From NCBI RefSeq assembly GCF_009914755.1, contig NC_060927.1: 64,000 bases of DNA; one strand, written 5' to 3'. The translations under genes and the position numbers were made by a program. Within the stretch, counting starts at the first letter, position 1, and each line of letters starts with the position of its first letter. The stretch is from the human T2T-CHM13v2.0 reference genome, Homo sapiens. The notes beneath the pieces are model-generated. The model saw nothing but the letters and a program-made list of their open reading frames with translations, had not been told where the DNA came from and searched no databases. This document shows positions 13,851-26,651 of this stretch, one piece after another.

Positions 13851-14933
13851 TATATCCTTAGTCCCTGGGAGGAGAATCCTGCCTCTATTTTTTGCCTCTA
13901 TCTGTGTAGTGTGATAGCAGTTATAATACTTCATTTAAGAATTATCTCTTTGCATCTGTTTCATCAGCATAATTTGACTATGGGTTTTTTGCAGGTAAGG
14001 GCAATATCACTTTTTTTAAAAAATAGTATTTTGTGTAGAACAGGTGTTCAGATTTTTTTTTTTCTGGTAGTCTTTCCGAACTTTGTTGTTTCTGAATTAA
14101 TAAGCAACAGTCCTTAAAGTGTGGTCTGTTGACCCCTAGTGTCAACAAGGCACTTTCAGGTATCCTGTGAAGGTAAATTGTTTTCATAATAATACTAAAG
14201 CCTTAATATTGACCTTTTTCACTGTGGTGACAATTGCACTGATTGTATAAAACAATAGTGAGTTAAATTCATCTTAGCACAAATGTGAAGGGGCAGTGGC
14301 CTGAAATTGTACTCACAGTCATTGTATTATTCATTGCCACACACTCATAGTAAAAAAAATAAATTGCCAGTTTCACTTTCAAATGTCTTTGAAGGAACAG
14401 TAAAAAGTACTAATTATATTAAATCATGACTCTTGAATATATCACTTTTTAATATTCCGTGTGGCAAAGTGGGATGTTTACAGAAACACTTCTGCTGCAC
14501 TGATAAAAGACCCATTTCAAGTGCAAGGCAGACCAGTGGACTTCAATGTAGCAGACCACACAAAGTTCACTGATCTGGCTTCAGATTCCACATTGCAACT
14601 AACCTTTAAGACACTACCACCTATCAAATTTTGATTCGGTATCGAAGAATATCCATAACTGTCTTAAAAGGCTATTAAAATATTTCTTGTTTCCACAACA
14701 ACATATCTGTGTGTAGCCAGATTTTCCTCATATACTTCAACCAAAATAACCTATTGTAACAGATTGAACGCAGAAGCATCCAGCTGTCTTCTATTAATTC
14801 ACAACATTAAAGAGATTTGTAAACATAAACATGACGTGATTCTCACTATTTTTGAATATAGGTATTTTACGTAAAAATATCTTATGTTAACATGTCATGG
14901 GTTTATTATTGTTATGTTTATATGAATCAATGA

Positions 14934-14934
<1 letters not shown>

Positions 14935-14982
<48 letters not shown>

Positions 14983-14988
14983 TTTTTT
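14935..14988 (+). repeat. (TA)n-(T)n compound repeat
   Basis: Direct inspection. Confidence 0.95.
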
Positions 14989-14996
14989 CTATTCTC

Positions 14997-15280
14997 AGTT
15001 GGTGCGGTGGCTCACACCTGTAATCCCAGCACTTTGGGAGGCCGAGGTGGGCGGATCATGTGGTCAAGAGATCGAGACCATTCTGGCCAACATGGTGAAA
15101 CCCCATCTCTACCAAAAATACAAAAATTAGCTGGGCATGGTGGCGCACCTGTAGTCCCAGCTACTCAGGAGGCTGAGGCAGGAGAGTCACTCAAACTCAG
15201 GAGGCGGAGGTTGCAGTGAGCTGAGATTGCACCACTCCACTCCAGCCTGGGTGACAGAGTGAGATTCCATCTAAAAAAAA
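14997..15280 (+). mobile_element. AluSc-like SINE
   Basis: ggtcaagagatcgagaccattctggccaac is diagnostic; flanking direct repeat attctca. Confidence 0.93.
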
Positions 15281-15319
15281 TAATTCTCATATTATTAAAT
15301 GTTTAGTATAGTGAATACT

Positions 15320-15693
<374 letters not shown>

Positions 15694-17673
15694 TTATTAT
15701 TAAAAAATGCTCAGTGACTTACTCAAAGATACATGTTACTAAAGGGCAGAGGCAGAATTTAAACTAAGATCTGACTGCTCCAAAGCCCTCCTAAGCATTT
15801 CTATATTCAATCTTTGAAAACTAAAGTTGTTTTTTTTTTTTCAGTTCTCTGACAGTATCTCTTCCTGAATAATTTCTTGCTTAATCATAACTTTCATTAA
15901 TCTAGCATCAAGCAGGTTCTGAGTACTTATTGGAGTGTATTTGAGTAAAGCTTTCAAGGAATTTGGTGTACATATCTGAAATATCCTTGACATCTCCAGC
16001 AGTTATCAACCATTCTTTCTTCACTTAGAATTGACTTCCAGTTGTCACACCTGTGCCTATTCAGGCTTTCAGATGCTCTATAAACTACTTTTTTTACTTC
16101 TTTGTCTCTTCCAGATTTGAATGTTCTTAATTCTTAGTGAGCACATTGTTATCACAGTTGCTGTTAATAGTTGCTATGGTAGGTTACAAGTAAAACAGGT
16201 ATTGTTAAGTGGCTTCTATAATTTGCTATTAGTCACTACTACAATATTTCTCATGCAATCAGAATTGAAATTTCTATATTTGTGTACAGCAATCATTGTG
16301 ACAGCTCTGTCTCCAGTGGCTTGTAACAGCCCCCATTGCTTATAGTTTCAGTTTTCATGTGGGAATGGTGCTAAATTATGGTGCTCACCAATACGGCTTC
16401 TTTCTATGCAGCTCTGCAGCTACTGCTGGCTCTTCTGGGAATTTTTTCTTTTGTATATCCGTCCCTGGTGGATCACTTGCCCTTTCCTGCCAAACCCTTG
16501 CCTCTGTCTGAATTCTGGTTTGGCTCTTCCTTTGTGGCCCCCAGAGCCTCTGCCAATCTTGTTGGAGCATTTGCAGCAATAGGAAAAAGGTCCCCCTTCT
16601 TCAGGGCACCCATGATCTTGAAACAGAGACTCATGAAGACTCATGAATGGGTTTCAACTCCCATCCATCCTCTCTGCCAAGCCCTTGTGGAGACCACAGT
16701 CCATGACCCTGAATAACTTCTGAGAGCTCACGTTGTGAAATTGATGCAGAAGTTTTGTGACATTGATTTTTAAATACCACCACAGTGCTCCAAATGCCTT
16801 CTGGATGGCTTTCCAATTTCAGGATAAGAATACAAAACATACACTAATTTTCAAAAGAAAATATCATCCTCCCACTTTCATATCTGGTCCTTACAGAAAA
16901 AGGTATGTTACTTCCATACAGAATGTCTGTGTGATTCAAACATTCACTCCTTGTGACTTTAGTCTTAAATTGCCTTTTTTTTTTTTTTTTTACCAAAAAC
17001 AAAAATCTAGATGATATTTTACTATGTTTAATCATCAATCCAGAGAGATTCCCTAAGGCTTAAATAAAATGAATGACTTAAGGGATTGGTTATCACTTGT
17101 GTCCTTTTTCTGGGATCTCCTTCTCCCATTTATACTCTGATGCATTAGCTTGCTTCTCAGTGTCAACTCTTGCTTGTCTAGACCCTTCCCAGTTGGTAAT
17201 TTCTTGACCCTGACTTTTTTTTTTTATATGTGGCCTTCTGATCTTGGCTTTCTCTACTTTTCTCCAAGGAGAGATCTACTGACAACACTATCCTCAGTTT
17301 GGGAGGCCTGTTGGCTTTCCCTCTGAGATTCTTCCGTGTATTCAGTCTCTTATCACATTTGGACTGTTCTTGGATGCGAATGTTGAGGTGCCGAACATAC
17401 TTTCTTCTGGATTCTCAAGCCTAGGTAAAGTTAGACCACCAGATAGCCATATATACAGACCTTGTGGAAACGATTTTGCTCCATGCTTTAACATTATGCT
17501 TTTAACTTCACTGAGAATTATATTAAGTTATGTCTATATAAAGGTTCTGCAACATTTATTAGCAACCTGTGAGAAGACTTTGCCCATAATTTTTATATTT
17601 TGGTCATCCTTACATAAAAATGCACGATAAACTCATCTTAGAATACTGTGTGTAAAAGATTTGTCTTCCCTAA

Positions 17674-18040
17674 CTGTTTTAGTTATTTTGGGCTGCTATA
17701 ATAAAATGTCATAGACTGGGTGGTTTGTAAACACTAGAACTTTATTTCTCACAGTTTTGGAGGCTGAGGAGTTCAAGATCAAGGTGTTGGTAGATCCATG
17801 TCAGTAAAGGCACTCTTCCTGGTTTGCAGAAGGTGATCTTTTGGTTGTATCCTTACATGGAAGAGACAGAGGGCAAGAGCAAGCTCTTTGTCTCTTCTTA
17901 AAAGGGCATTATTCCATTCAGGAAGGTTCTACCCTCATGAACTAATTTCCTCCCAAAGGTCTTAACTCCAAATACTATCACATTGTACGTTAGGATTTCA
18001 ACATATGAACTTTGGGAGGATACAGACATTCAGTCCAGAA
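17674..18040 (-). mobile_element. MLT1A/MST-type MaLR solo LTR
   Basis: tgttttagtt...gggctgctataataaaatgtcatagactgggtgg...tttatttctcacagttttggaggctg...cagacattcagtcca. Confidence 0.88.
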
Positions 18041-19915
18041 TGCACTTAAAATAGTGCTCATAGTTTATTACATATATAATGTATAGATACATTACATAAT
18101 GAATGGTAAGTAATATGTCATATTTCCTGTTTCACATTGGCTACTAGGAAGCATAGAGCTATATGTTGTCCTCATTTGCTATAAATATACTTAGAATTTG
18201 ACAATCATGTATTTAGTTTATATTTATGAGATTCCTCAACTTAATGTCTTAAATGACTCCATGAATTTATGCCCTGCCTCATTCCAACATATATCTAAGC
18301 ATAAAAATAAAGAAATGATTTCAGAACAAGAGTCACGCAATAAAGAGAGGAAATAGTTACAGAGATCCTGTAGATGCAGAGAAATTGAAGGAAGTTAGAG
18401 ATAACAAAATAAGCTAATGTTATCTGGGCCAGTGACGGTCAGCATAACTCTAAATCGCCTTTTCTCCAACACATGATGTATTTCTACCAGCTTCACTTTT
18501 CCCTTCGTGGTATTAGAGTCTTCTCATCTTTATTCATGGTAAGAGGACTCAGATGATATCTTTGCCTTAAAATCTTTCCCTCTGACCCATCCTGCTTGGT
18601 CATTAGAGGAAGCGTCACAGAAGGAAGAAAGCAGTATTATGCGGTGCCTTCCAAGACACAGACACAATGGAGATTGCTGTGGCACCAATGCGTATAGAGA
18701 TGTATTAATGTGATGATAAGTAGAGGGGCTGAGATCTTGTCAGTACTATCTTATTGCATGGGAAGTTTACAGATTAAATTCTTTTTTCTGTGTCGTATTT
18801 TATTCATCTTTAATATCCCTTATAATAGCTTTTCAGCTGTAGAAGAAACCTCCTTTCTTTTCTTTTCTTTTCCAACTACCTCTTTCATAGGGTCAGGAGC
18901 TCCCTCTGAGTCCACTACTCTTAGATGATTTGTCCCCAATAATTTATATATCATCACTTAGGTTATTTTTAGTTGATTATTTTTTGGGGTATAAAAGAGT
19001 GAAGTGCTTATAAAAGCTTCCTGGCAAGGAGAGCCAGAGTGAGAAGGTACAGCTGTGAGTAATGAGTCTACCACTTATCTCTGGGGGCTTGCAGGACAGG
19101 TTTTTAGCCTGTTTCTCAACATTTCTTTGGACTTGTTTGTAACCTTGGTAGTCACAGTGTGGGAGGGTAAAAGGGAAGAGCAGGGCTATGTAAGTAGCAA
19201 TCTAATATATACCGTCTCTTTCTAGATGAGATTTTATGATCTAATGTATTCTTTAAAAGGAAATACAATTGTAGAAATTTTCATAGGAATTCAGAGAATC
19301 ACTGCAGAATTATCCTTTTAATCATATAGGTGCACAACAAATACAAATCCACATACATATTTCTTTTTCTCTACCTCATCCCCACACCCCTCCTGACAAA
19401 ACTCAAACTGTGTTTTAAGTGTTCTGTGCTTGGTGGTGGCTGCTGCCATTTTCGGCAATTATTTTATTTTTTTTCAAAATCTGTTGCTTTGAAAGGCCCC
19501 GTAGTGTTATGTAGGGTGTAGGTCTACACAGTTATTACCTACTGTCAGCAAAACTGAATAGCTGGGAGGGAATAATTATACAATCCCTTTTGCCATAAGC
19601 CACTTCTGAACATATTGCAATATGTACTGGATTCATTTTAAAGTGGTTGTAACTAAATGAATCACAACCTTTGGGGATAGGGTAACAGATAGTATATTAA
19701 GACTGTGTAAAGTCTGTAAGAAGTCAGTATATTAAAATCTGTCAGGAAAGGTCATCCTTGACTATGGGTTAATATCTGTAGTCAGTACCTTGAATAGTGC
19801 CAATATGTGTTGGCTCTAATCTTTGATATGACTCTAGGCAGGATATGAGATCTGAAACTTTCACTGATGGAGTATGAACCAGATTGACAAACTTCTTAGT
19901 GAAGAGAAGTTTCTG

Positions 19916-19917
<2 letters not shown>

Positions 19918-19965
<48 letters not shown>
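19918..19965 (+). repeat. (TG)~24 microsatellite
   Basis: Direct inspection. Confidence 0.98.
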
Positions 19966-19970
<5 letters not shown>

Positions 19971-22017
19971 TGATTCTGGGTATTTTAATGTTAAAGTATA
20001 TATAGGATTTTATAGTTTTTGGACTTTGGGATCTAGGGAGAAAAAGGATGTATATCCTTTCCTACTCACCCTACCCCCAACCAATTACCTTTGGCGAGGT
20101 ATCAGCTGTGTTTTGCTAATGAGCATTGCCGGAAGACGTTCTGGAAGCTCACAGAACACAGGGACTTGTAAGAGTCACAGTGGAATCAGACAACCTGTCA
20201 GTCTGTTTATACATGTATGCTGGCATTTTCTTTGCAAGACGTGCAAACCAATTAGAGGGAGGCTCCCTTAGAACACTTTTGAGGGGGTGGACACTTCTAT
20301 TAATGTTTGGCGTGGGCATCTGTTGTATTGGAGAGAATGAGATGAACAATTTTATAATCAATTTTTGGAAGAGAATTTGAAATGAAGGTTACGAAAAAGA
20401 TTTTGTTGTAATATGAGTTAGCAGAGAAAAGTTAGTTTTGTATCTCTGTACAGTTGAAAGTTCAAAAGAATAAGGACAAGCATGTTTCCTTGGCCATGCT
20501 TTTCATCGAATACCTATTGTTTTTATAATTAGTTCATTATAAAGGAGAGTTGTGAATAGTGACCTTTGTCCAGTCTGGCTCATGAAAAGCAAGCATACTG
20601 ATTTCCTCTGGGCAGTGTGATCAGTTACCAGTAATGGAGCTGAAATGAGTGATCCTGATATGTCTTTGCACATTTTATTGTGCAAAGAAATCAGGGCCTT
20701 ATGCAGTTTGGGAGAAGGCTGGGACTTTAATGTTAGTACCATAATGTCTTGCCTTCCTCCCCCACCTCCTTGCAAATCAGTACTTACTGTCAGATAAACT
20801 CAACTGGTGCCTTTAGAAGAAATCAGGTGAATATGGGGCAGAAACAGTGGAGTTGCATTTTGAAGGTTTTCTATTATATGAATAGCAGCCAGTTAGAGAA
20901 TATCTAACCATCAGCAGTTTTATTTTAATTCTTTGCTATATGGAACCTCAGGGAGGAAATGTTCTTGTCTGTAGTAAAGTGTTTCTTTTCTCTCTAAATT
21001 GCACAATGATTGAAAATTGTGGCTATCATTATTTGTACTATATGCAATTATAAAGCGATGGTGATAATATTTAGAATTTGATAATGAAGCTCTGTAAACA
21101 TTTATTGTAAAAGTTGGTGCTTAGCTTCAGCATTCCAGAATTACTGTTACCACATCCTATTGAAAAACTGATAAGGATCTGTAACACTGAACAATATGTG
21201 GGTATTGTCATCTCATTCTTTGTAGGTTTCCTTCTGGCTGGAAATCTTGGAGTTGGTCATTATAATCCTTTGCTTTAAAGTCGAGGCAAATAAGATACAT
21301 GTTAATTTCAATTTAGAGACAAAATTGTGTCCTGCCTGTTTCTTACTTGGACTAAAGCTTACATTATACAAAATCATGTATTTGCTTTGTTATAGTAACA
21401 ATGTAAAAATAGAAGTTCTGTAAAGAGTTAATCAGTTATTTGCTTCTGATTGTTTAAGTGAGACAACCTGTGGGTCTTTTAGGTCTTGGTCTTTCGTTAC
21501 TGCAAGACGAAAGAGTAATACACGTATTGCTTTAATGCCCTCATTTATACATAGAAGTATCTTAATAAAATTGTGAATGACAGGGCACCAAATCATTGTG
21601 GTTATAATGGAAATAGTCAAATAATTGTTATCAGTAGACCCTAGTCTGAGTCTTTGTGGTTCTGCTGTTTATTAGGAACATGATCAAGAGAGTTGACAGT
21701 TTTTCTGATATTCAATAAGATTTTTGTGCTAAACAATATTTAATATTCTAGCTCTAATAGTCTATGTGTTTATAGTAATCATAATCATTTGTTAATATGC
21801 TCAGCAAGCAGTATTTATAGTCACCTGGGGACCAGGACTTTATTAGATGTTGAGGAGATTATAAGTGAATAGCCATAAACCATAGCTTACAAGAGCTTGC
21901 AGTCCAGAGGAGAAGACAGCCAGGTAAACAACTAACAGACAGATATACAAGTACAGAATGGCTAGTGCTGGGCAAGATCCATCTGCCTATGTACTGCTGA
22001 GATACTTGTTTAAGGAG

Positions 22018-22288
22018 TGGTATAGTCTGAATGTTTGTGTCTCCATGGATGGGATTTGTGCCCTCGGGAAAGAGGCCCCAAAGAGCTGTTTCCCTTTCTA
22101 CCATGTGAGGACACAGTCACAACCATAGGCGTCATCTTTGAGAAGGCCAGCACTGACTAGACGCTGAATCTTCCAGCACCTTGATCTTGGACTTCCCAGT
22201 CTTCAGAACTGTGAGAAAAAAAAATATATTGTTTATAAGCCACCCAGTTTATGGTATTTTGTTATAGCAGCCTGAGTTGACTAAGACA
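22018..22288 (+). mobile_element. MLT1A-type MaLR solo LTR with an internal deletion
   Basis: tggtatagtctgaatgtttgtgtctcc...ccatgtgaggacacag...gttatagcagcctgagttgactaagaca. Confidence 0.88.
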
Positions 22289-22444
22289 GGGAGGTATGTC
22301 AGCCTGTGGACCTTAGGGGTCTTCTGGGAAGACAGGTGGAAATGATTTAGAATCAGATTCTCTGGCTAGAAGAGTCTTCTTCCTGGAAGTTTTCAAAATT
22401 GACAGGGAACTTATACTAAGATAAAATATATACTTGACCTTTAT

Positions 22445-22600
22445 CTTATTTTTTTTAAATCAGCAGTTATTCTTTAATATTATCAAATATTCAGTAGTTG
22501 TTAAAATTTCCAATCATTTCATAAGAGTCATAAATGTACTTTATAATGTGTTTGTTTGATTAAAGTCCATATATGGTGAATGGGTGATATGTCTTTCAAA
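22445..22600 (-). mobile_element. L1MC4/5-like 3' end fragment
   Basis: ttctttaatattatcaaatattcagtagttgttaaaatttcc...gggtgatatgtcttt. Confidence 0.5.
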
Positions 22601-22659
22601 ACTGCAAGTCCCTTGCCCAACCCCATCATCTCTTTTCTTTTCTTTGTACATTTTTATTT

Positions 22660-23294
22660 AACCAAGTTGGAAAACACTCTGCAGGATATTATCCAGGTGA
22701 ACTTCCCCAACATAGCAAGGCAGGCCAACATTGAAATTCAGGAAATACAGAGAACGCCACAAAGATACTCCTCGAGAAGAGCAACTCCAAGACACATAAT
22801 TGTCAGATTCACCAAAGTTGAAATGAAGGAAAAAATGTTAAGGGCAGCCAGAGAGAAAGGTCAGGTTACCCACAAAGGGAAGCCCATCAGACTAAGAGCT
22901 GATCCCTCCACAGAAACTCTACAAGCCAGAATAGAGTGGGGGCCAATATTTCACATTCTTAAAGAAATGAATTTTCAACCCAGAATTTCATATCCAGCCA
23001 AACTAAGCTTCAAAAGAGAAGGAGAAATACAATCCTTTACAGACAAGCAAATGCTGAGAGATTTTGTCACCACCAGGCCTGCCCTAAAAGAGCTCCTGAA
23101 GGAAGCACTAAACATGGAAAGGAGCAACCAGTACCAGCCACCGCAAAAACATGCCAAATTGTAAAGACCATCGATGCGAGGAAGAAACTGCATCAACTAA
23201 TGAGCAAAATAACCAGCTAACATCATAATGACAGGATCAAATTCACACATAAAAATATTAACTTGAAATGTAAATGGGCTAAATTCTCCAATTA
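22660..23294 (+). mobile_element. Internal L1PA fragment: 3' half of ORF1, inter-ORF spacer and first ~22 codons of ORF2
   Basis: Translation TKLENTLQDII...HAKL* followed by atgacaggatcaaattcacac (ORF2 start); abrupt ends on both sides. Confidence 0.97.
22661..23164 (+). pseudogene. L1 ORF1p RRM+CTD fragment, open frame
   Basis: Contains ORF1p motifs PRHIIVRF, AREKG, RIEWGPIF (ARREW-like) and YPAKLS; the coiled coil is missing. Confidence 0.93.
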
Positions 23295-23309
23295 TTAATT
23301 TTTAAGAAA

Positions 23310-23525
23310 GTTTTAAAATTCACATATAATATTGTACATATTTATGGGATACATAGTGATGTTTCAATACATGTAATGTATTGTGATCAAATTAGGGGAA
23401 TTAGTATATTCACCATATCAGACATTTATCATTTCTTGGTGTTGGGAGCATTCAATATCCTCCTTTAGTTATTTGAAATTATATAATATATTATTATTAA
23501 CTGTAGTCATGCTACAGTGCTATAC
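23310..23525 (-). mobile_element. L1MA-type 3' end, antisense
   Basis: attgtacatatttatgggatacatagtgatgtttcaatacatg...ttaactgtagtcatgctacagtgctata. Confidence 0.8.
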
Positions 23526-24339
23526 CAATTTTAAAGTCTAATGGGAATCAATCAGGACAATAAAGGAGTCATCCAAGTATTCCCTGGAGAGCCATTTTTG
23601 TGTGTGTGGAAGATGCTTAAGTGGGGGTGGCCAAGATAATTTTTGAACTGAAATTGGAAACCAGATTTGTTCAGACTATGGTTGCACAGAGTACCATCTT
23701 GCACTAAATCAAAACCTTTAATTTTGTTGGACTATGATGAAATAATCCTAAAGTGCTATGGAATTACTTCTACCACTGTAGTAGTTTCTTCTAAAAAATT
23801 AGACCTGACCTTTGTTTTTAAAAATGTGTTAATTTTCAGAGTTGACAGATGTTTTGGTGTGATTCTGGATGGTGCCTCTCAAAATATCCTCCAACTGAAC
23901 TCTGAAGAAATGTGTCCAGTTTTCTCAAGAGAGACAACTGGAAAAAACAAAACCAGCAATGGCAGCATTTGGAGAATGTAATAGGCGAGCTGCCACACAG
24001 GTGGAAACAGATAGTTCTTTTTCTGTGAGGGCTGCATTGATGAATACAGAAGTGGCATGATTGGATTAGTGGCCATAGAAACAATAACACAGAAATGAAA
24101 GCAAGGTCAGTCTCTAGGTGAGAAGTGGCAATAGCTTCTAGGGGAGTCCTCAGGTATTATACTAGCAGAAGCAAGATGAAAAATTTAAATTTAAGTATCT
24201 TAAATGTTCGTTGGTGGGGGAGGGGCATAGCCCACATAAGAGGACCAAAGATCCCTTGCTCCTCTTATCTCACAGATTCACCTTTCCATTTGTAAAATTT
24301 GTCACTGTCCTCTAAATTTCAACTGATCTAACATGCCAT

Positions 24340-24770
24340 TAAATGTAAGACACACCATTATTTTAGGTATCACTAAGAAAGAAAAGTGTAACAACTAAGA
24401 CTTCTTTATCACTGTATATGCACTGAAAGAGCTCTTTAAAGTCCAACTTAAAGAATCTATAATGGTTATACTATTTCAGCTGGCAAATATCAGAGCCAAC
24501 CAATGGTGCAAAGAAATATACTGGATTCTGCTTGGCATAAAACACCTGAGTTTACAGTCCAAGAGCTCTTTGGTTTGCAAAGAGAAGGATGGAGAAAAGG
24601 AACAGCACTTTCCGCACAGGGAGAAGGATTGGGAAAATAGTGATAACATCCTTTGCAGCTGCCAGAAAATACCCCTAATTTTTAAAGATAATTTCAATTG
24701 TAAGATGTGCTTTGATTTCAGAGATGTCAAAATGTGAAAAAAGTACATTTTAGAATAGAATAAATAAGGT
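24340..24770 (-). mobile_element. Kanga/MER104-like Tc2 DNA transposon remnant
   Basis: tgtaagacacaccattatttt... and ttgtaagatgtgctttgatttcagagatgtcaaaatgtgaaaaaag termini. Confidence 0.5.
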
Positions 24771-26651
24771 ATGTAAGAGCTTTTCAGTGTTGCCAGGTGT
24801 TGAATGTTGAAAGGCAACTAGGCCACTTAGAAGAATACTGATCTGTTGACAAGTTATTTTTTAGTTATTTTAGCAACTCACCAATCCACTAGCAACCAGC
24901 CTGTAGTCATAAGTAAAAGTGAAAATAGACGCACTGTGCTTTACTCTCTTCTCTATGTGAGAGAAAGAGAGGGTACACAGAGGAAGAAAAACAGTGAAAC
25001 TGACTCTGTCTTGTCTTTTGAGGACAAACTTCCTGTGTTGATATTCAACCCATTTGGAGCCTAATAGTGAGCTAGGATCCAACCTGGAGAATCATTTGAT
25101 GGTTGAAAAGGCAACATGATGAACAAGAGCCACCAGGGGGCTAGAAAGAAAAGAAATATAGAATCTAAGTTGAGGTAGGTAATAGGATCTAAACTAAACA
25201 TTATTATTTTTACTTTTGTAGGAGTTCATGCATTACATTGACTTCTCTCGGGTTTTCTTGGGCTACAGAATCATGGATGATATGATAAAATAAGATGTTA
25301 ATTTATATTCCTTTCATTCTATGCCCCTCAATCCCCTCAACAGTTGGGTAAAGCTCTCATGTGCATAAAAGTCAGTTGGAGGGCTATTTAGAAAATGTTC
25401 AGTCCAGGCTCTGATTTTTGAGATTTTGGAGTTTGGTGAAGCATTCTGAAATCTAAATCCTGAAAATAAAGGTCCTGAAATTTGTGTTTTTTTCAAAAGC
25501 ATCTCCAGTTATTTATAATAAAGATATATATGTGTAACGCTTTGAGAAGCATGCTCTCATAGTTAATGGTAAATTAATTTAGATGATCCTCTCTTCATTC
25601 TCGGCACTCCTCAGTTCAAGTTTCCTTTTTCTTCAAGAATCCATAGAACTAGAAAATTTTTCCCCCACAGAAATTATCTTTTGTTGCAAATCAAAAACAC
25701 TATCTTTGGCCCAGTTTGAGCTAGATGGAAATTTCAAAAAATATATATCTTTACATAGAAATATACTTATTTCCAGAGGTTTCCATAGATTTCACATTAT
25801 GGAGGCAAGCTAAGTGCTTCAAAGTACCCTTCATCACCCATTGAATCCAATCATGGCTGGGCTGCTCAGTGGCAAATAGCATTCCTCCTGCAATTCTGCT
25901 TAGTTTTGAAGGCTACCAAGACACAATTCACAATGTTGTTTTTCTTCTGGAAAACAAACAACAGAAAACACAGAAGATCTATTCATATTTTAAATGGTTG
26001 ACTTGGTAATACGTTCAGAGGGAAGAAGATAACATATGATAATATCGTTAATAGATGACACAAACATTTGTGATAATGGCCCAGCACGTTGTACAGAGTA
26101 ATGTGGATGGTTGGATGGTGTGAGTGGAAGTGTGTCAGCTGGCTTTTAGCCCACTGGCAAAATGTTTGGACAATTTGTGTTGGATAACTTGGTGGTGGAT
26201 TTAAGAGAATTTGTTTTCCTTCACAAATGAAATGATGTATGCAGGATTTGATATGTAATTCTTTGAGTAAGAGATAATTGCTGTACACACTAACCAACTA
26301 TTTGCATTTAGTTAGCAACAGTTTCTACTGAACTTTATCTCATGTTTCCTTAAGTAAATGTTTGGAAGTATGTTTGTCTTATTTAGTAACTTTAAAAAAA
26401 TTTTACCACATCTCAATGCTTCTCAAAGGTTATCTAAATATCTACTCAAGGAAAACATTCTTTAGTTACTCAGCATCACAGGCTTCAGTTTTCTCATATG
26501 TATGACGGCTTGTAATGCATAATATTCTTACCAGCCCTGACATGCAGTAGTAGTTATTTATATGGTATTGTATTGTGTATTTTAGAACTACATTCAATTA
26601 CAATTCAGTCTGTATTCATTTTAGGAAGGATGCATGGGAATGTGTTCTGAA

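Noticed and set aside
19918-20271. 117-aa ORF beginning (CV)n
   Set aside because: Starts in the (TG)n microsatellite at a non-ATG codon; no recognisable homology
23667-24090. Overlapping ORFs and a possible acceptor ttttcag at ~23839
   Set aside because: No recognisable protein, short pyrimidine tract and poor downstream donor
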